DNA from: Dehalococcoidia bacterium | Lineage (GTDB): Bacteria; Chloroflexota; Dehalococcoidia; SM23-28-2; RBG-16-64-32 | Direction: 5' to 3' | Length of the DNA: 42,972 bases | Assembly: GCA_034411955.1 (NCBI GenBank) | Contig: DAOUMF010000067.1 | Span: forward strand, 1 to 42,972 | Shown: one piece after another, positions 41,568 through 42,972 of the stretch | How positions within the stretch are numbered: the first letter of the stretch is position 1 | Layout of the letters: every line of letters begins with the position of its first letter | Translations under genes and position numbers: made by a program | Notes under the pieces: generated by a model | Told to the model about the DNA's origin: nothing | Database searches by the model: none | What the model saw: only the letters and a program-made list of their open reading frames with translations

Positions 41568-42972
41568 ATGACGCAGGAGCGGACAGCCGGAAAAGAGCGA
41601 GGCGTAGCAGTCCTTGAGCCGCCTCCATGCGTCCGGACGAGCATACCCGATCTCGGCCGCGTTCGGGGTCAGCTCGTCGAGCTTAACCCGACGCGGTTCA
41701 TGCCGTTGCCCTACCCCTACAATACCCCGGACGACCAGTTCTCCATCAAGCCCCTGCCCGAAAGCGCGCGGCAGAACCTGGAGTGCGACCTGGACGGCAC
41801 CACCGCTATCCAAATTCCCCGGCCGAAGACGCGGGCGCAGGGGGAGGAGCTGGTAGCGAAGTTCATCAACGGCCTCAGGAAACTGTTTTCCGCCAACGAC
41901 GACTGGACCTTCCTGCAACCTCTTCTGCTCCGCCTGGACTACTGCGCCAAGTGCCAGGCCTGCGCCGAGGCCTGTCCGGTGTACGTGGCCAGCGGCAGGG
42001 AGGAGATCTACCGTCCCACCTACCGCTCGGAGATATTTCGCAGGATCGTCAAGAAGTACGTCATGCCGGGCGGGTTCCTCAGCGGCTTCACGGCCGGGAA
42101 TATCGACCTGAACTGGCCGATGCTGGCCCGTCTCGCTGAGCTGTCCTATCGCTGCACCCTGTGTCGCCGCTGTGCCAAGTTCTGTCCCCTCGGCATCGGC
42201 AACGCGCTGATCACCCGACAGATCCGGGCGGTGTTCAGCCAGGAACTGGGCATAGCTCCTGCCGAGCTGCACCAGCTAGGCTCTGTGCAGCAGCTCAAGG
42301 TTGGCTCCAGCACCGGCATGACCCCGCTTGCCTTCGCCGACACCGTGGAGTTCATGGAGGAGGATGTCGAAGAGCGGGCGGGCATGAAGTTCAAGTGGCC
42401 CATCGACAAAGAGGGCGCCGATGTCCTCCTCATCCACAACGCGGGCGAGTTCCTCTCCTGGCCGGAGAACGCGGAGGCCTTCGCCATCATCCTGGAGGCC
42501 GCCGGCATGAGCTACACGCTCTCCAGCGATCTGCTCGGCTACGACTCTGTGAACTACGGCGTGTGGTACGACGACATCCAACTCGCGCGCATCGTCTTGA
42601 AGCACATGGAGATCGCCAAGAAGCTGGGGGTGAAGAAGGTCGTCATCGGCGAGTGCGGCCACTCGCACAAGGCGCTAATGGTCATCGCCGACCGGATCCT
42701 CACGGGCGAGATGAACATCCCCCGAGAGAGCTGCTTCCCGTTCCTGGAGGGCATCATCGACAGCGGCCGGCTGAAGCTGGATCCGGAGCGAAACCACTTC
42801 CCAGTCACCCTCCATGACCCCTGCAACGTGGTGCGGCTGATGGGAATCGTGGAGCCGCAACGGAGGATACTGCGCAAGATCGCACCGCAGTTTAGGGAGA
42901 TGTACCCGAACAGGACGGAGAACTACTGCTGCGGCGGCGGCAGCGGCTTCGCCATCTTCCAGGGGCTGAACT
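41568..42972 (+). CDS. (Fe-S)-binding CCG-domain oxidoreductase, HdrD/DsrK/GlcF-like; 3' end runs off the right window edge
   Basis: Absent from the ORF track because there is no stop in the window. Hand translation from ATG 41568 (GGAGG 7 nt upstream, in-frame TGA at 41532) gives MTQERTAGKERG... It has two ferredoxin-type motifs, CAKCQACAEACP and CTLCRRCAKFCP, then IGECGHSHKAL, LHDPCNVVR and the CCG-domain signature NYCCGGGSGF. The stretches I translated (41568-41940 and 41880-42972) contain no stop. Confidence 0.8.
   Translation, partial: MTQERTAGKERGVAVLEPPPCVRTSIPDLGRVRGQLVELNPTRFMPLPYPYNTPDDQFSIKPLPESARQNLECDLDGTTAIQIPRPKTRAQGEELVAKFINGLRKLFSANDDWTFLQPLLLRLDYCAKCQACAEACPVYVASGREEIYRPTYRSEIFRRIVKKYVMPGGFLSGFTAGNIDLNWPMLARLAELSYRCTLCRRCAKFCPLGIGNALITRQIRAVFSQELGIAPAELHQLGSVQQLKVGSSTGMTPLAFADTVEFMEEDVEERAGMKFKWPIDKEGADVLLIHNAGEFLSWPENAEAFAIILEAAGMSYTLSSDLLGYDSVNYGVWYDDIQLARIVLKHMEIAKKLGVKKVVIGECGHSHKALMVIADRILTGEMNIPRESCFPFLEGIIDSGRLKLDPERNHFPVTLHDPCNVVRLMGIVEPQRRILRKIAPQFREMYPNRTENYCCGGGSGFAIFQGLN

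Noticed and set aside
1-42972. CRISPR arrays, IS elements or transposases, rRNA, and long tandem or inverted repeats.
   Set aside because: A visual scan on both strands recognised none. The only repeats found are the 19-nt lipoprotein-linker repeat and short palindromes, reported above. A computational repeat search could still find diverged copies that I missed.

Overview
GC-rich bacterial chromosomal window. Codon third positions are overwhelmingly G/C, so every real gene is shadowed by long Arg/Gly/Pro-rich alternative-frame ORFs. The TIGR03662 'chlor_Arch_YYY'/DUF2298 and TIGR03663 families suggest a Chloroflexota-like host; this is unverified. I call 28 protein-coding genes, one speculative mini-ORF, one tRNA-Lys(UUU), three gene relics and two promoter/operator candidates. 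Two of the genes run off the window edges and are therefore missing from the ORF track. Layout: (1) 1-13.6 kb is an envelope-glycosylation-type locus. It holds three divergent YYY polytopic membrane paralogs, a TIGR03663/GT39-like membrane protein fused to a six-bladed NHL propeller, and a methyltransferase-GtrA-GT2 module. (2) 13.7-14.0 kb is a rearrangement scar with back-to-back gene relics. (3) 14.0-21.1 kb has divergent ackA-phosphoketolase and pentulose-kinase/FucI-like isomerase pairs. (4) 21.3-37.2 kb is a 13-gene same-strand catabolic array: PLP decarboxylase, omega-transaminase, M20 peptidase, succinate-semialdehyde-type ALDH, Glu/Leu/Phe/Val dehydrogenase, ThDP enzyme, SDR, C_GCAxxG_C_C, family III CoA-transferase, amidohydrolase_2, amidase and a split UxaA dehydratase. 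(5) 37.2-37.5 kb has an AbiEii toxin relic overlapped by an orphan consensus promoter that carries a CsoR-type palindrome and a leaderless Cys/His-rich mini-ORF. (6) Two co-oriented lipoproteins share a domain. (7) tRNA-Lys. (8) An ArsR regulator plus an HdrD/DsrK-like Fe-S protein. The best candidate for an uncharacterised system is locus (1). All functional calls rest on motifs recognised by eye; no database search or structure prediction was run.
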